Shown here: piece by piece, positions 1 through 12,201 of the stretch
Position numbering within the stretch: position 1 is the first letter of the stretch
Layout: every line of letters begins with the position of its first letter
Assembly: GCA_963778655.1 (NCBI GenBank)
Contig: CAVZVA010000009.1
Coordinates: 224,001 to 288,000, forward strand
DNA from: an uncultured delta proteobacterium
GTDB lineage: Bacteria; Myxococcota_A; Polyangia; Polyangiales; JAFGIB01
Length of the DNA stretch: 64,000 nucleotides
Direction of reading: 5' to 3'
The notes under the pieces: generated by a model
The model's database searches: none
Seen by the model: only the letters and a program-made list of their open reading frames with translations
Told to the model about the DNA's origin: nothing
Position numbers and translations under genes: made by a program

Positions 1-1056
1 CGTGCTCGTCCCGCCCGCCCCGGCCGGCCGCTTGATCACCAGCTTGGCCGCGTCGTCGAGCCGCTTGATGCCGTCGAACAGCGCTTTGCGCAGCTGCGTG
101 GGTCCCTTGTCCTTCCAGGCGTCGAGCCACTGCACCAGACACATGCGCGCGTTGGAGGAGCCGACCTTCTCCACGCGCTTCACGATCTGCAGCTTCGTCG
201 AAAGCGAGACGTTCTTGCGCTCCAGCATCCCGCGCAGCGCCGGCTCGATCGGCGTGAGGTCGCCGCCGCTCGCCCGCGAGAGCAGCGTGTCGAGGTCTCG
301 CGAGCCCGCGATCGCGCCGACGGTTTCGAACGCATGAGCGACGCCGCGATCGGCGGCGGCGAGCACCGCTGGCAGCGCGCGCGCGTTGCCCACCCGCGCC
401 AGCGCCTGGATCGCGGCGCTCCGCACCTCAGGGCTGGGATCATCCAGCGCGTAGAGCAGCGACGACTGTGCGCTGCGGATCCCCAGCGCACCGAGCGCGG
501 AGACCGCGCGCTGCCGGATCTCCGCTCGCCGGTGCAGGGTGAGCTCGAGCAGAGCGGGCCCGGCGCTGGGCCGGCCGACCTGCACCAGCGCCGCGATCGC
601 GCGCTCGATCAGCGCGGGCGGCAACCCGCGCCGGAGGCGTGTGGCGATCGCCGACGACGCCTGCTCGCCGCCGAGCAGGGCGAGCGTGTCGAGCGCAATG
701 CCGAGCGCGGCGGCGTCGCTGCCGGACAGCTGCTTCAGCGCTTCGCGCAGCGCCTCGGCCCGCGCCTTGCCTGTGAGCGGCGCGGGCACGGCCTTCGCAG
801 GCGCGGCCTTTGCGGGTGCGACCTTCGCAGGCGCGCTCTTCGCGGGCGCCGCTTTCGCCGGTGCGGGCGCGGATGCCGGCGCCGCATTGCGAGCCGCGGC
901 GCGTGGCGCCAACGGCTCCGGGGCGGCGCTGGCAAGCGCCGCGGCGTCCACTGCTTGCGCTCTTTTGGCTGCGGGCGGCGGCGAGGCAGCCGCGGGCCTA
1001 CCCGACGCAAGCGTCGCGATTGTGAGCCACGAACCCAGCACATCTCTCACACGCAT
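1..1056 (-). CDS. HEAT-repeat protein with N-terminal PAKAA-type repeats (3' end runs off window)
   Basis: Not in the ORF track because its stop lies outside the window. ATG at 1056 after GGGAGG; reads MRVRDVLGSW...APAKAAPAKSAPAKVAPAKAAPAK...LLYALDDPSPEVRSAAIQALARVGNARALPAVL, a HEAT/PBS-lyase-like repeat. Frame stays open to position 1. Confidence 0.75.
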   Translation of the reverse strand, partial: MRVRDVLGSWLTIATLASGRPAAASPPPAAKRAQAVDAAALASAAPEPLAPRAAARNAAPASAPAPAKAAPAKSAPAKVAPAKAAPAKAVPAPLTGKARAEALREALKQLSGSDAAALGIALDTLALLGGEQASSAIATRLRRGLPPALIERAIAALVQVGRPSAGPALLELTLHRRAEIRQRAVSALGALGIRSAQSSLLYALDDPSPEVRSAAIQALARVGNARALPAVLAAADRGVAHAFETVGAIAGSRDLDTLLSRASGGDLTPIEPALRGMLERKNVSLSTKLQIVKRVEKVGSSNARMCLVQWLDAWKDKGPTQLRKALFDGIKRLDDAAKLVIKRPAGAGGTST

Positions 1057-1237
1057 CGCATCCCTCCCGCGGTATGGCGATCCCTTGCGATCGTACACGA
1101 TGCCTGGAGCGCATTCGCTGCGTGCGTGTCCGAGCACTTGTGCGCACATCGCCAGCCACACGCACCGGAAGGAGCACGCAACAGATTGCGGGGGTGTGCT
1201 GCGCCGGACGTTGCGCGGCGCGGGTCGAGATCGGCTC

Positions 1238-3166
1238 TCAGCCGGGCTCGCGCTTGAGGAAGATCGCGCCGAGCGGCGGCACGCTCACTTGCAGCGAGCA
1301 GCTGCGGCCGTGGTACGGCTGCTCGCTCGCTTCCACCATGCCCAGATTGCCCACGCCGCTGCCGCCGTATTCCGTGGCGTCGCTGTTGACGATCTCGCGC
1401 CAGCAACCCCGAAAGCTCACCCCGAGCCGGTAGTCGCGACGCGGCACGGGCGTGAAGTTGCACGCGATCACGATCGGCTGCGACTCGTCGTGCCCGCGGC
1501 GCGCGAACGAGAGCACGCCGTTCTCGGCGTCGTCGGCATCGATCCACTCGAAGCCGCCCGCGTCGACGTCGCGCTGGTGCAGGGCCGGCTCGCTCGCGTA
1601 GGTGCGGTTGAGGTGCGCCACCAGGCGCTCGATGCCGCGGTGCGCAGGCAGCGCCTGCAGGTGCCACTCCACGCTGGACTCGTAGCTCCACTCAGCCACC
1701 TGCGCGAGCTCGGCGCCCATGAACAGCAGCTTCTTGCCGGGCTGGGCGAACATCAGCGCATACAGCAGCCGCAGGTTGGCGAAGCGCTGCCACTCGTCGC
1801 CGGGCATCTTGCCCAGCAGCGAGCCCTTGCCGTGCACGACCTCGTCGTGTGAGAGCGGCAGCACGAAGTTCTCGTGAAAGGCATACAGCGAGCGGAACGT
1901 GAGCTGGTTGTGATGCCACTTGCGGTGCACCGGGTCGCGCTGCATGTAGCTCAGCGTGTCGTGCATCCAGCCCATGTCCCACTTCAGACCGAAGCCGAGG
2001 CCACCGAGATAGACCGGGCGCGACACCATCGGCCACGCGGTCGACTCTTCGGCGTAGGTCTGCACGTCGGGAAACTCCGCGTAGACCGCCTCGTTCATCG
2101 CCTGCAGCAGCGCGATCGCTTCGAGGTTCTCGCGACCGCCATATTGGTTCGGGATCCACTCGTCCTGTTTGCGCGAGTAGTCCCGGTACAGCATCGAAGC
2201 CACGCCGTCCACGCGGATGCCGTCGACGTGATAGACGTCGAGCCAGAACAGCGCGCTCGAGAGCAGGAACGATCGCACCTCGTGACGCGCGTAGTTGAAG
2301 ATGCAGCTGCGCCAGTCGGGATGAAAGCCGAGCCGCGGGTCGGCGTGCTCGTACAGGTGGGTGCCGTCAAAGTAGGCCAGCCCGTGCTCGTCGCTGGGGA
2401 AGTGCGCGGGCACCCAGTCGAGGATCACCCCGATCCCGCGCTGGTGCAGCTGGTCCACCAGGTACATGAAGTCCTGCGGCGCGCCGAAGCGGCTGGTGGG
2501 CGCGAAGTAGCCCGTGACCTGGTAGCCCCAGGAGCCGCCGAACGGATGCTCCATCACCGGCATCAGCTCCACGTGGGTGAAGCCCATGGCCGCGACGTGC
2601 TCGGCCAGCGGCGCGGCTATCTCGCGGTAGGAGAGCGAGCGCCCGCCCTGCTCGACCACGCGGCGGAACGAGCCCAGGTGCAGCTCGTAGATCGAGATCG
2701 GCGCCTGCAGTGAGTTGCGCGCCGCGCGCCCGCGCATCCACTCGCCGTCGTCCCAGCGGTACAGCAGGTCCCACACGATCGACGCCGTGCGCGGCGGGAT
2801 CTCGTGGTGAAACCCGAACGGATCGGCCTTGTCGACGCGATAGCCGCCCATGCGCGATTCGACGTGGTACTTGTAGCGGGCGCCGCGCCCGATGCCCGGC
2901 ACGAAGCCCTCCCAGATGCCGGAGCGGCCGACCGGTTCCAGCACCCGCTCGCCCGGCTGCCAGCCGTTGAAGTCGCCCACCAGCGACACTCGCGCTGCGT
3001 TCGGCGCCCACACCCGAAACAGCGTGCCGGCCTGGTCGTGACGCCGCGCCGGGTGCGCACCCAGCTTTTCGTAGAGCCGCGTGTGCCGGCCCTCGTTAAA
3101 CAGGTGCAGGTCCATGTCGCCGAGCTGTCCGGCGTAGGCGTGGGGATCGCGTGCGTCTGAGCTCAT
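1238..3166 (-). CDS. glgB: 1,4-alpha-glucan branching enzyme
   Basis: C-terminal 642 aa of ORF 1238..4426 from MSSDARD; motifs [60 protein letters not shown]. Confidence 0.95.
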   Translation of the reverse strand: MSSDARDPHAYAGQLGDMDLHLFNEGRHTRLYEKLGAHPARRHDQAGTLFRVWAPNAARVSLVGDFNGWQPGERVLEPVGRSGIWEGFVPGIGRGARYKYHVESRMGGYRVDKADPFGFHHEIPPRTASIVWDLLYRWDDGEWMRGRAARNSLQAPISIYELHLGSFRRVVEQGGRSLSYREIAAPLAEHVAAMGFTHVELMPVMEHPFGGSWGYQVTGYFAPTSRFGAPQDFMYLVDQLHQRGIGVILDWVPAHFPSDEHGLAYFDGTHLYEHADPRLGFHPDWRSCIFNYARHEVRSFLLSSALFWLDVYHVDGIRVDGVASMLYRDYSRKQDEWIPNQYGGRENLEAIALLQAMNEAVYAEFPDVQTYAEESTAWPMVSRPVYLGGLGFGLKWDMGWMHDTLSYMQRDPVHRKWHHNQLTFRSLYAFHENFVLPLSHDEVVHGKGSLLGKMPGDEWQRFANLRLLYALMFAQPGKKLLFMGAELAQVAEWSYESSVEWHLQALPAHRGIERLVAHLNRTYASEPALHQRDVDAGGFEWIDADDAENGVLSFARRGHDESQPIVIACNFTPVPRRDYRLGVSFRGCWREIVNSDATEYGGSGVGNLGMVEASEQPYHGRSCSLQVSVPPLGAIFLKREPG

Positions 3167-3203
3167 GATCAGGGTGTCGGGGTGGCTGCGGCCATGGCTA
3201 GCA

Positions 3204-3881
3204 CTATTTGTCGTTGGGCAGCCACGGCCAGAGCACGTTGCGCTCCGCGGTGCGCGCCTGATCCCAGGCCGTAATCTGCGCCGGATCGAGCACGCGGTGT
3301 GCGGCGTCGTCGGTCTGCTGCAGCATCGCCACCCAATCGGCCGCGCCCTTTTCGGGATTCTCGAGCGCATCGGGCCGCCGCAGCAGCTCGACCATCTTGT
3401 CGAGCTCGTCGGAGAGCAGCTGGTGCAGCTGCTCGGTCTGCCAGGGCGAGAGGCCGAAGCGCTGGGCGAAGTCGTCGAGCGCCGTCTCGCGCCACTGCAG
3501 CCAGCGCGAGCGCTGGAAGGCCAGCTGGCGATCGCGTACCCGTGCTTGCTGGCGTTCGACCACCGCCAGGATGCGCTGCTCGCTGGCGGCGCTGGCCGCC
3601 GCGCTGGCGGCGCTGGCTGCTGCGCGCGTGCCCTTGACTGCAGCCGGCGAGGCGTCGAGCCGCTCGCGTAGCGCGCGCACCTCCGCCTCCAGCGCCGCGA
3701 TCCGCTGCGCGTAGCCGGCCGCGGCCTGCCCGCCCTCGCTCTCCGTGTGCTCGGCCGCCTCGGCCTCGGGGCCGAGCCGCAGGTCGAGCGCGTCGACCCG
3801 CCGCTCGAGGCTGGCCACCCGGTATGCGAACAACCCGCCGGCGAGCACCAGCGCCAGCGCGAGCAGCGCCCAAAACCGCAT
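3204..3881 (-). CDS. Membrane-anchored coiled-coil protein, Spy/CpxP (LTxxQ)-like C-terminus
   Basis: N-terminal hydrophobic helix, coiled coil [16 protein letters not shown], two LTxxQ-like motifs (LSPWQ, LDPAQ). Confidence 0.65.
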   Translation of the reverse strand: MRFWALLALALVLAGGLFAYRVASLERRVDALDLRLGPEAEAAEHTESEGGQAAAGYAQRIAALEAEVRALRERLDASPAAVKGTRAAASAASAAASAASEQRILAVVERQQARVRDRQLAFQRSRWLQWRETALDDFAQRFGLSPWQTEQLHQLLSDELDKMVELLRRPDALENPEKGAADWVAMLQQTDDAAHRVLDPAQITAWDQARTAERNVLWPWLPNDK

Positions 3882-3932
3882 AGCGCGCGGAGGATAGCAC
3901 GCGGCGGCGCGTGCCGTAGCCGCCCGCGCCGC

Positions 3933-4823
3933 TCAGCCCGCGCCGCTCGCGCTCGACGCGGACAGGGCCCGCTCCCGCTGCTCGCATTCCTGCTCGCGGC
4001 CGCGCACCACGCGCCGTCCGGCCAGCACGCCGCGCGACTCCGTGACCACCGTGCACTGGTCCTCGCGACCTCCGCGCTCGTAGAACAGCACCACCCAGTC
4101 GCGCGTGCGGCCGAGCTCATGGGCGCGCGCCGTATTGGAGTAGAGCGCGGTGAAGTGCCAGCCGTCGAGCTCCAGGTGGAGCACCGGCAGCCACGCTTCG
4201 TGCGTCGGGTTGAAGCGGCGCGGCGCGATCCGCGGCAGCTCGCCGGCGTCGGCCGCGGTGCGGTAGCGCGCGTCGACCTCGAGTAGGGTGGCCACGCTCG
4301 GCTGCTCGCGCGGCTCCGCGGCGACCGGCGCGTGGCGCCGCCCGTGGCGCAGCAGCGTGCCGAGCACCGCGCGCAGCCCTTCCACTCGCCGGCTGCCCAT
4401 CCCCGGCACGTCCGCCAGCCGTCCATCGTGGGCAGCCAGCTCCAGCTCCTCGAGCGACTCGACGCCGAGCTGCTCGTGGATCCGGCGTGCCAGCGTGCGG
4501 CCGATGCCCGGGACCGAGCAAAGCAGGTCCTCGGGGCACATGTCGCCCTGCAGCCGGTCGAGCATGCGCAGCTGCCCGCTGCCCGCGATCTCGAGGATCG
4601 CCCGCGCGATGCCCTGTCCGACGTGGGGGATGCGCTCCAGACCGGCCCGACCCTCGCGCTCGGCGATCTCGCGCACCGGCTGCTCGAGCAGGCGCACGCT
4701 CTGCGCGCCGGCGTGATAGGCGCGCGCGCGAAACGGATTGGCGCGCTGCGCGTCGAGCAGGTTGCCGGCCCGATCGAGCAAAGCCGCGACCTTCAGATTG
4801 TCTGGGTGGGGCGCGCCGAGCAT
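3933..4823 (-). CDS. Helix-hairpin-helix DNA-binding protein: PolX-like N-terminal domains plus unknown C-terminal domain
   Basis: ANPFRARAY (PolX 8-kDa domain), HhH motifs [27 protein letters not shown]; no polymerase palm motifs. Confidence 0.85.
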   Translation of the reverse strand: MLGAPHPDNLKVAALLDRAGNLLDAQRANPFRARAYHAGAQSVRLLEQPVREIAEREGRAGLERIPHVGQGIARAILEIAGSGQLRMLDRLQGDMCPEDLLCSVPGIGRTLARRIHEQLGVESLEELELAAHDGRLADVPGMGSRRVEGLRAVLGTLLRHGRRHAPVAAEPREQPSVATLLEVDARYRTAADAGELPRIAPRRFNPTHEAWLPVLHLELDGWHFTALYSNTARAHELGRTRDWVVLFYERGGREDQCTVVTESRGVLAGRRVVRGREQECEQRERALSASSASGAG

Positions 4824-5002
4824 GTCGCTTGCAACGTAACCACGGCTGCATCCGCGTCCGCGGGTCGGGGCCCGGGGGCGGGTCGTGCATGTGGTCCAGG
4901 GTACGAGGCGGGCGCCCCGTCGCGAGCGAATGCCGAGGATTGCGGGCCTCGCCGGCTGCCGCGCCCGCGGTTGTCGAGTAGACTGAAAGCGGCTCTGGTG
5001 CG

Positions 5003-5743
5003 ATGAGCAGCTCGACCATTCGCAGCACGCTCGAGGTGTTTTCCCAGGCGATCGGGGCGGGCGAGACGCAGGTCGTCTTCCAGCCGATCGTCGACCTGGC
5101 CAAGAAGCGGCTGTTCGCGGTCGAGGCGCTGGCGCGCTGCCGCGTGCCCGGGCTCGAATCGCCGGTCCGCCTGTTCGCGGACGCAGTCGAGAAGGGCTAC
5201 TGCGGCCGGCTCGGGCGTCAGATCCGCGAGCTCACCGTGCAGCGCTGCGCGGACATCCCGGTGTTCACCAATGTGCACCCCGAGGAGCTGACGCAACGCT
5301 GGCTGGTGCGCCCCGATGACCCCATCTATAGCCACCAGAACGACGTCTACGTCGAGATCACCGAATCGGTGCCGTTCTCCCACTTCGAGCTGTGCGTCTC
5401 GATCCTGCGCGAGATTCAGTCGCGCGGCCGCGTCCATCTGGTGATCGACGATCTCGGCGCGGGCTTCTCCAACCTGCAGCGCATCGTCGACCTCAACCCT
5501 GCGATCGTGAAGCTCGACATGCAGTTGGTGCGCGGCATCGACCGCCAGACGCGCCAGCAGCGGCTGGTCAAGTCGATCGTGGCGATGTGCGTCGATCAGG
5601 GCGCGCGCGTGGTGGCCGAGGGGATCGAGACGGCGGGCGAGCTGCAAGCGGTGATCGACGCCGGCGTGCACTTCGGCCAAGGCTATCTGCTGGCCCGGCC
5701 CGGCTATCCGATCCCGCCGATCACCTGGCCGGCGAAGCGCTGA
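5003..5743 (+). CDS. Stand-alone EAL-domain c-di-GMP phosphodiesterase
   Basis: FQPIV, EALAR, VEITE, IDDLGAGFS, VKLD, VAEGIE, GQGYL motifs. Confidence 0.92.
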   Translation: MSSSTIRSTLEVFSQAIGAGETQVVFQPIVDLAKKRLFAVEALARCRVPGLESPVRLFADAVEKGYCGRLGRQIRELTVQRCADIPVFTNVHPEELTQRWLVRPDDPIYSHQNDVYVEITESVPFSHFELCVSILREIQSRGRVHLVIDDLGAGFSNLQRIVDLNPAIVKLDMQLVRGIDRQTRQQRLVKSIVAMCVDQGARVVAEGIETAGELQAVIDAGVHFGQGYLLARPGYPIPPITWPAKR

Positions 5744-5770
5744 TTCGTCGCTTGCGAAGCGCCCGGACGA

Positions 5771-5839
5771 GGAGCCACAGCAAGGCGGGCAGACGGGGAG
5801 CAGGGACGAGACGCTTCTTCCCACCTGCCTGTTGGCTCC
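5771..5839. repeat. REP-like inverted repeat, family A (degenerate copy) between convergent genes
   Basis: GGAGCCACAGCAAGGCGGG...CCCACCTGCCTGTTGGCTCC; related to 7377-7440. Confidence 0.5.
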
Positions 5840-5860
5840 TTGAGCCCGGCCGGCGTTGCG

Positions 5861-6499
5861 CTAGCCGTCGGAGAGGCCGTGCTTGCTTCCGGGCTTGCCG
5901 GTGGCGAGCGTTTCGCCATGCTGTTCGCGCTCGTCGCCCTGGTAGCCGCCGAGGGTGCGCGCAGTGCGTTGCCCGTCCCAGCGCGCCACCGAGCCCGACT
6001 GCCCGCTGTCGGGTCGGGCCTCGCTGAGCGGATGCTGGCCGCCCGGGCCTGCGGACGAGATGTGGCGCGACTCGGTCGGCGCCGCGCCGTGCGCGTGCGA
6101 TGGCCGCGCCGGGCTGTGCTCGACCGCGGGCTGCGCGAACAGACGGGCCAGCTCGTCTGGGATGCGCCGCAGCAGCCCCTCGCGCTCCGCGTCGTCGAGC
6201 CGTTCGGCCACCGCCCTGCACGCGATCTCGAGCTGCTCGAGCGCGTGGCCGTGCTCCAGACCACACGCCCCGGCAACCTCGGCCGCCAGCGCGAACAGCG
6301 ACGCTTCGGCGTCGCGCCGCTGGCCCTGCAGCGCGTCGCGCAGCTCTGAGGGCAGCGCGCGCGCCAGCGTGGCCCGGTCCTGCGCCGAGAGCCGCGCGGA
6401 GACCGCGCCCAGGCTGGCTCGCAGCAGTGTGCGCGCGGCGGCCTTGTCGGCCGGTCCGCCCCACGCCTGCACGCGCTCGACCAGTGATCTCACCGCCAT
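5861..6499 (-). CDS. DUF2267-like protein with repeated C-terminal tail
   Basis: Two helical repeats ending LARALPSEL and LLRRIPDELARLF; tail repeats ISSAGPGGQHPLSE / LATGKPGSKHGLSD. Confidence 0.7.
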   Translation of the reverse strand: MAVRSLVERVQAWGGPADKAAARTLLRASLGAVSARLSAQDRATLARALPSELRDALQGQRRDAEASLFALAAEVAGACGLEHGHALEQLEIACRAVAERLDDAEREGLLRRIPDELARLFAQPAVEHSPARPSHAHGAAPTESRHISSAGPGGQHPLSEARPDSGQSGSVARWDGQRTARTLGGYQGDEREQHGETLATGKPGSKHGLSDG

Positions 6500-6544
6500 A
6501 CCGGGACAGATACGCGCTGCGCGCCCGAGCGCAAGCCGCCGTGA

Positions 6545-7330
6545 TCAGCCCTGCTCGTCAACACACAGGAAATCGCTGGCGGTCACGATACCGCCGATGC
6601 CCTCGAGGTCCATCACCGCGATGTCCCGCGTGCGCATCGCGCAGGCCTGCGCCGCGGCGCGGTGCAAGGCCATGCTCGGCGGCAGGCTCAGCACCGACGG
6701 GTTGAACCACTGCTCGACCGTGGTCGGCGCGGGCCAAAGCTCCGCCGCCAGGGCCTCCTCCTGGCCGAACACGCCGACCGGCCAGCCGCCCTCGACCACC
6801 ACCAGCCCGTGAACGCGCGCCGCGCGCAGCCGCTCGAGCGCCGCCCCAGTCGGCTCCTGCGGGCTCACCGTGATCACGGGCGACGACATCAGCGTGCCGA
6901 GGTGGCGCGCCAGCCGCGCCGCGGCCACCACCCGCATCACGTCCCACGCGCTCACCAATCCGCACAGCCGCCCGCCATCGACGACCAGCACGCGGTGCAC
7001 GCGCTCGCTGCGCATCAGCTGCACCGCCTCGCGCAGGCTGCCCTCGAGCTGCACGCACAGCGGCCGGCCGTGCACGCTGTCGGCGACCCTGCGGTCGGGC
7101 AGCATGAGCCGGGTCTGCGCCGTGCCGGTGACCGCCTGGACCGCGCCTGCCTGCAGCAGGTCGGTCAGGCTCACCACGCCCAGCGGCCGCAGCTCTGCAT
7201 CCACCACCGGCACCCCGGAGACGCCCGCGTCGCGCAACAGGCGCTCCACCGCGGGCAGCCGCGCATCGGGGCCGACCGTGTGCAGCGCCGCGCTCATACA
7301 GTCGGCGATCGGCAGGTCGAACAGCGCCAT
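6545..7330 (-). CDS. CBS-domain protein (two CBS pairs)
   Basis: VSGVPVVD..PLGVVSLTDL, VHRVLVVD..LCGLVSAWDV, VHGLVVVE..PVGVF, GGIVTASDF; AGGA upstream of ATG. Confidence 0.9.
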   Translation of the reverse strand: MALFDLPIADCMSAALHTVGPDARLPAVERLLRDAGVSGVPVVDAELRPLGVVSLTDLLQAGAVQAVTGTAQTRLMLPDRRVADSVHGRPLCVQLEGSLREAVQLMRSERVHRVLVVDGGRLCGLVSAWDVMRVVAAARLARHLGTLMSSPVITVSPQEPTGAALERLRAARVHGLVVVEGGWPVGVFGQEEALAAELWPAPTTVEQWFNPSVLSLPPSMALHRAAAQACAMRTRDIAVMDLEGIGGIVTASDFLCVDEQG

Positions 7331-7376
7331 CGTCCTTGATCAGCTCCCGTCCAGAAGTGGCCCTTAGGAGGATTCA

Positions 7377-7440
7377 ACAGGAGGACGGGAAGGCGAGAAG
7401 AACAAGACACTCGGGGCTTCCCGTCTTCCCGCCTTCCTGT
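7377..7440. repeat. REP-like inverted repeat, family A (best copy)
   Basis: 24-bp arms ACAGGAGGACGGGAAGGCGAGAAG (7377-7400) and CTTCCCGTCTTCCCGCCTTCCTGT (7417-7440), built from RCGGGAAG octamers. Confidence 0.75.
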
Positions 7441-7514
7441 GGATCTCTTGGTCTCAGGGTCGCTGCCTTTCCGGACGGGAACCAATTACGCGCGCTCGGG
7501 CCGGCCGCAAACTC

Positions 7515-8411
7515 TCAGCCGAGGCGGTAGAGCGCGTCGAGCCCGGCCGGACCCTCGCTCCGCAGCAGCCCGCGCTCGAGCATGTGCAAGACGTGAGCCA
7601 GCACCGAGCGGGCCGCGGCGCGGTGCAGGATCGCGGGCGTGTCCCGGTACATACGCGGCACCATCTGTGGGATGCGCAGCGGGCCGTCCGCCAGGCACTC
7701 GAGGATCTGCTGTTCGCGCTGCCTGCGGTGCTCGATGAAGTCGCGCACGAAGGGCTTGGGCTGATCGATGGCGGGGCCGTGCGCCGGCAATAGCACGCGG
7801 TCGTCGCGCTGCAGCAGCAGCTCCAGGCTGCGCAGGTAGTCGCCCATGTCGCCGTCGGGCGGCGAGATCACGGAGGTGGACCAGCTCATCACGTGATCGC
7901 CGGTGAGCAGCGCGCCCTCCTCGCGCACGGCGAAGCACAGGTGATTGCTGCAATGGCCGGGTGTGTGCACGCACTCGATCGACCAGCCGTCGCCCTCGAT
8001 CACCTCGCCGTGGCGCAGCCGCACCTCAGGCACGAAGCGCAGATCGCCGCCTGCCTCGACTCGTTCGCCGCGCGCGTGCAACCCCTCCGCGTGCGGCCCG
8101 AAGCCGTAGGTGGTGGCACCGGTGCGCTCGCTCAGCAAGCGCGTGGCCGGCGAGTGATCGTTGTGGGTGTGGGTCACCAGCTGGTGGGTGATGCGCTCGC
8201 CGGGCAATGCGCGCAGCAGCGCGTCCACGTGTCCCGGCAGCTCGGGGCCGGGGTCGACCACCGCCACGTTGCCCCGGCCGATCACGTAGGTGCCGGTGCC
8301 GTGGTAGCTGAACGGGCTCGGGTTGTGCGCCACGATCCGCCGTACCAGCGGCGACAGCGCCTGTGCCACGCCGTACTCGGGCGGTGGCTCGTGAAGGAAC
8401 GCGATCGCCAT
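7515..8411 (-). CDS. MBL-fold metallo-hydrolase (LACTB2-like, C-terminal winged helix)
   Basis: AHNPSPFSYHGTGTY, THTHNDH, HTPGHCSNH, LTGDHVM, LPAHG; start taken at MAIAFL. Confidence 0.9.
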   Translation of the reverse strand: MAIAFLHEPPPEYGVAQALSPLVRRIVAHNPSPFSYHGTGTYVIGRGNVAVVDPGPELPGHVDALLRALPGERITHQLVTHTHNDHSPATRLLSERTGATTYGFGPHAEGLHARGERVEAGGDLRFVPEVRLRHGEVIEGDGWSIECVHTPGHCSNHLCFAVREEGALLTGDHVMSWSTSVISPPDGDMGDYLRSLELLLQRDDRVLLPAHGPAIDQPKPFVRDFIEHRRQREQQILECLADGPLRIPQMVPRMYRDTPAILHRAAARSVLAHVLHMLERGLLRSEGPAGLDALYRLG

Positions 8412-8552
8412 TCTTTGCTGCCTCGTCCATGCGCATACCACGCGGCGGATTCCAGGGCGACTCGGGTATCGGCGAGGGCCCAAAGGGCCCGTGGCAAAGC
8501 CGTCAGGAACCGGTACCCAAGCCGCCCTTGTGCGTCGGGAATGCGTGGTTAG

Positions 8553-8579
8553 CTTGACTCTTGTGCGGGTCGCCCATTG
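8553..8579 (+). promoter_or_regulatory. Possible RpoH-like promoter upstream of lon
   Basis: CTTGAC...GCCCAT about 25 bp before the lon ATG; spacing slightly short of the sigma32 consensus. Confidence 0.25.
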
Positions 8580-8601
8580 GGGGTGGCCCGCCCGAGGGAA
8601 C

Positions 8602-11289
<2,688 letters not shown>

Positions 11290-11297
11290 TCTCGCGC

Positions 11298-12201
11298 ATG
11301 CTTCGCCTTCGCCGAAGCCGCCTCGCCGCCTTGCTTTGCGTCTCTCTTTGGGGCGTCACGGTCCCATTGCGCGCGCAGCCGGCAGCGCCGCCAGCCGCCC
11401 CCGCCGGCGGCGAGGCTGCCGGCGAGAACGACGAGCAGAACGTCGATCAGGCCCGGCAGTTGTTCGCCGAAGGGCTCGACTTCGTGGAGCACGAGGACTG
11501 GGTCAATGCCGAGGACCGCTTTCGTCGCGTGCTGGCCCTGCGCTCGTCGCACGTCGTCACCTACAACCTGGCTTCCGCGCTGATGCACCTGGGCCGCCTG
11601 GTCGAGAGCTCCGAGCTGCTGCGCTCGGTGGTCCGCGATCCGAGCGCCGATGCCACCACTCACGACGCGGCCACGCAGCTGCTGTCGGAGATTCGAGCCG
11701 CGCATCGGCAGCCTCACCGTGCGCATTTCAGGCGACGCCACCGGCACCGCGCTGCGGGTCGATGACAAGGAAGTCGAGCTGAGCGGTCCTGCGCTGACCA
11801 TCTCGGTCGATCCGGGGACGCACCAGGTGACGCTCGACCGCAACGGGACCGAGGTCGCGCACAAGACCGCCGAGGTCGGTGGCGAGGCACCGCTGCAGGT
11901 CGAGGTCGCGTTCGAGTTGCCCGCGCCGCGCGTCTCGCCCCAGGCGGTCGCCCGCGCCGCGGCGCCCGCGCCGCAGGCGCCCGCGTCGCAGGTCGAGCCG
12001 AGCACGCCGCCTATGGATCGCGAGCCGGCCGCTGCCCGCTCGGGCTCGCTGCTGGCGAGCCCGTGGCTGTGGGCCGGCGTGGGCGCGGTGGTCGCGGGCG
12101 GCGTGGTGACGGCGGTGTTGCTTGCGCCCGCGGCCAAGGCCTCGCCCGTGGCCGGGGACACCACTCCACCCGTGATCAGTGGCCGGGTGCCGACCCCATG
12201 A
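11298..12201 (+). pseudogene. TPR + PEGA-like exported protein split by a +1 frameshift at about 11692 (probably sequencing error)
   Basis: ORFs 11259..11765 (signal peptide, TPR ARQLFAEG..YNLASAL) and 11650..12201 (LTVRISG..ISVDPGTHQV, SPWLWAGVGAVVAGG) join as LLSEIEPRIG if one T of ATTCGAG is removed; 904 nt minus 1 = 301 codons. Confidence 0.75.

Noticed and set aside
3167..4426. Apparent 420-aa N-terminal extension of GlgB in ORF 1238..4426
   Set aside because: Off-frame read-through over two real genes (3204-3881, 3933-4823); Arg/Ala/Ser-rich shadow sequence.
7377..7440. Repeats as a CRISPR array
   Set aside because: Copies are dispersed, not regularly spaced with unique spacers; no cas genes.
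11685..11700. Programmed frameshift or phase-variable tract
   Set aside because: No slippery heptamer, homopolymer run or SSR; a single extra T with a similar case nearby favours error.
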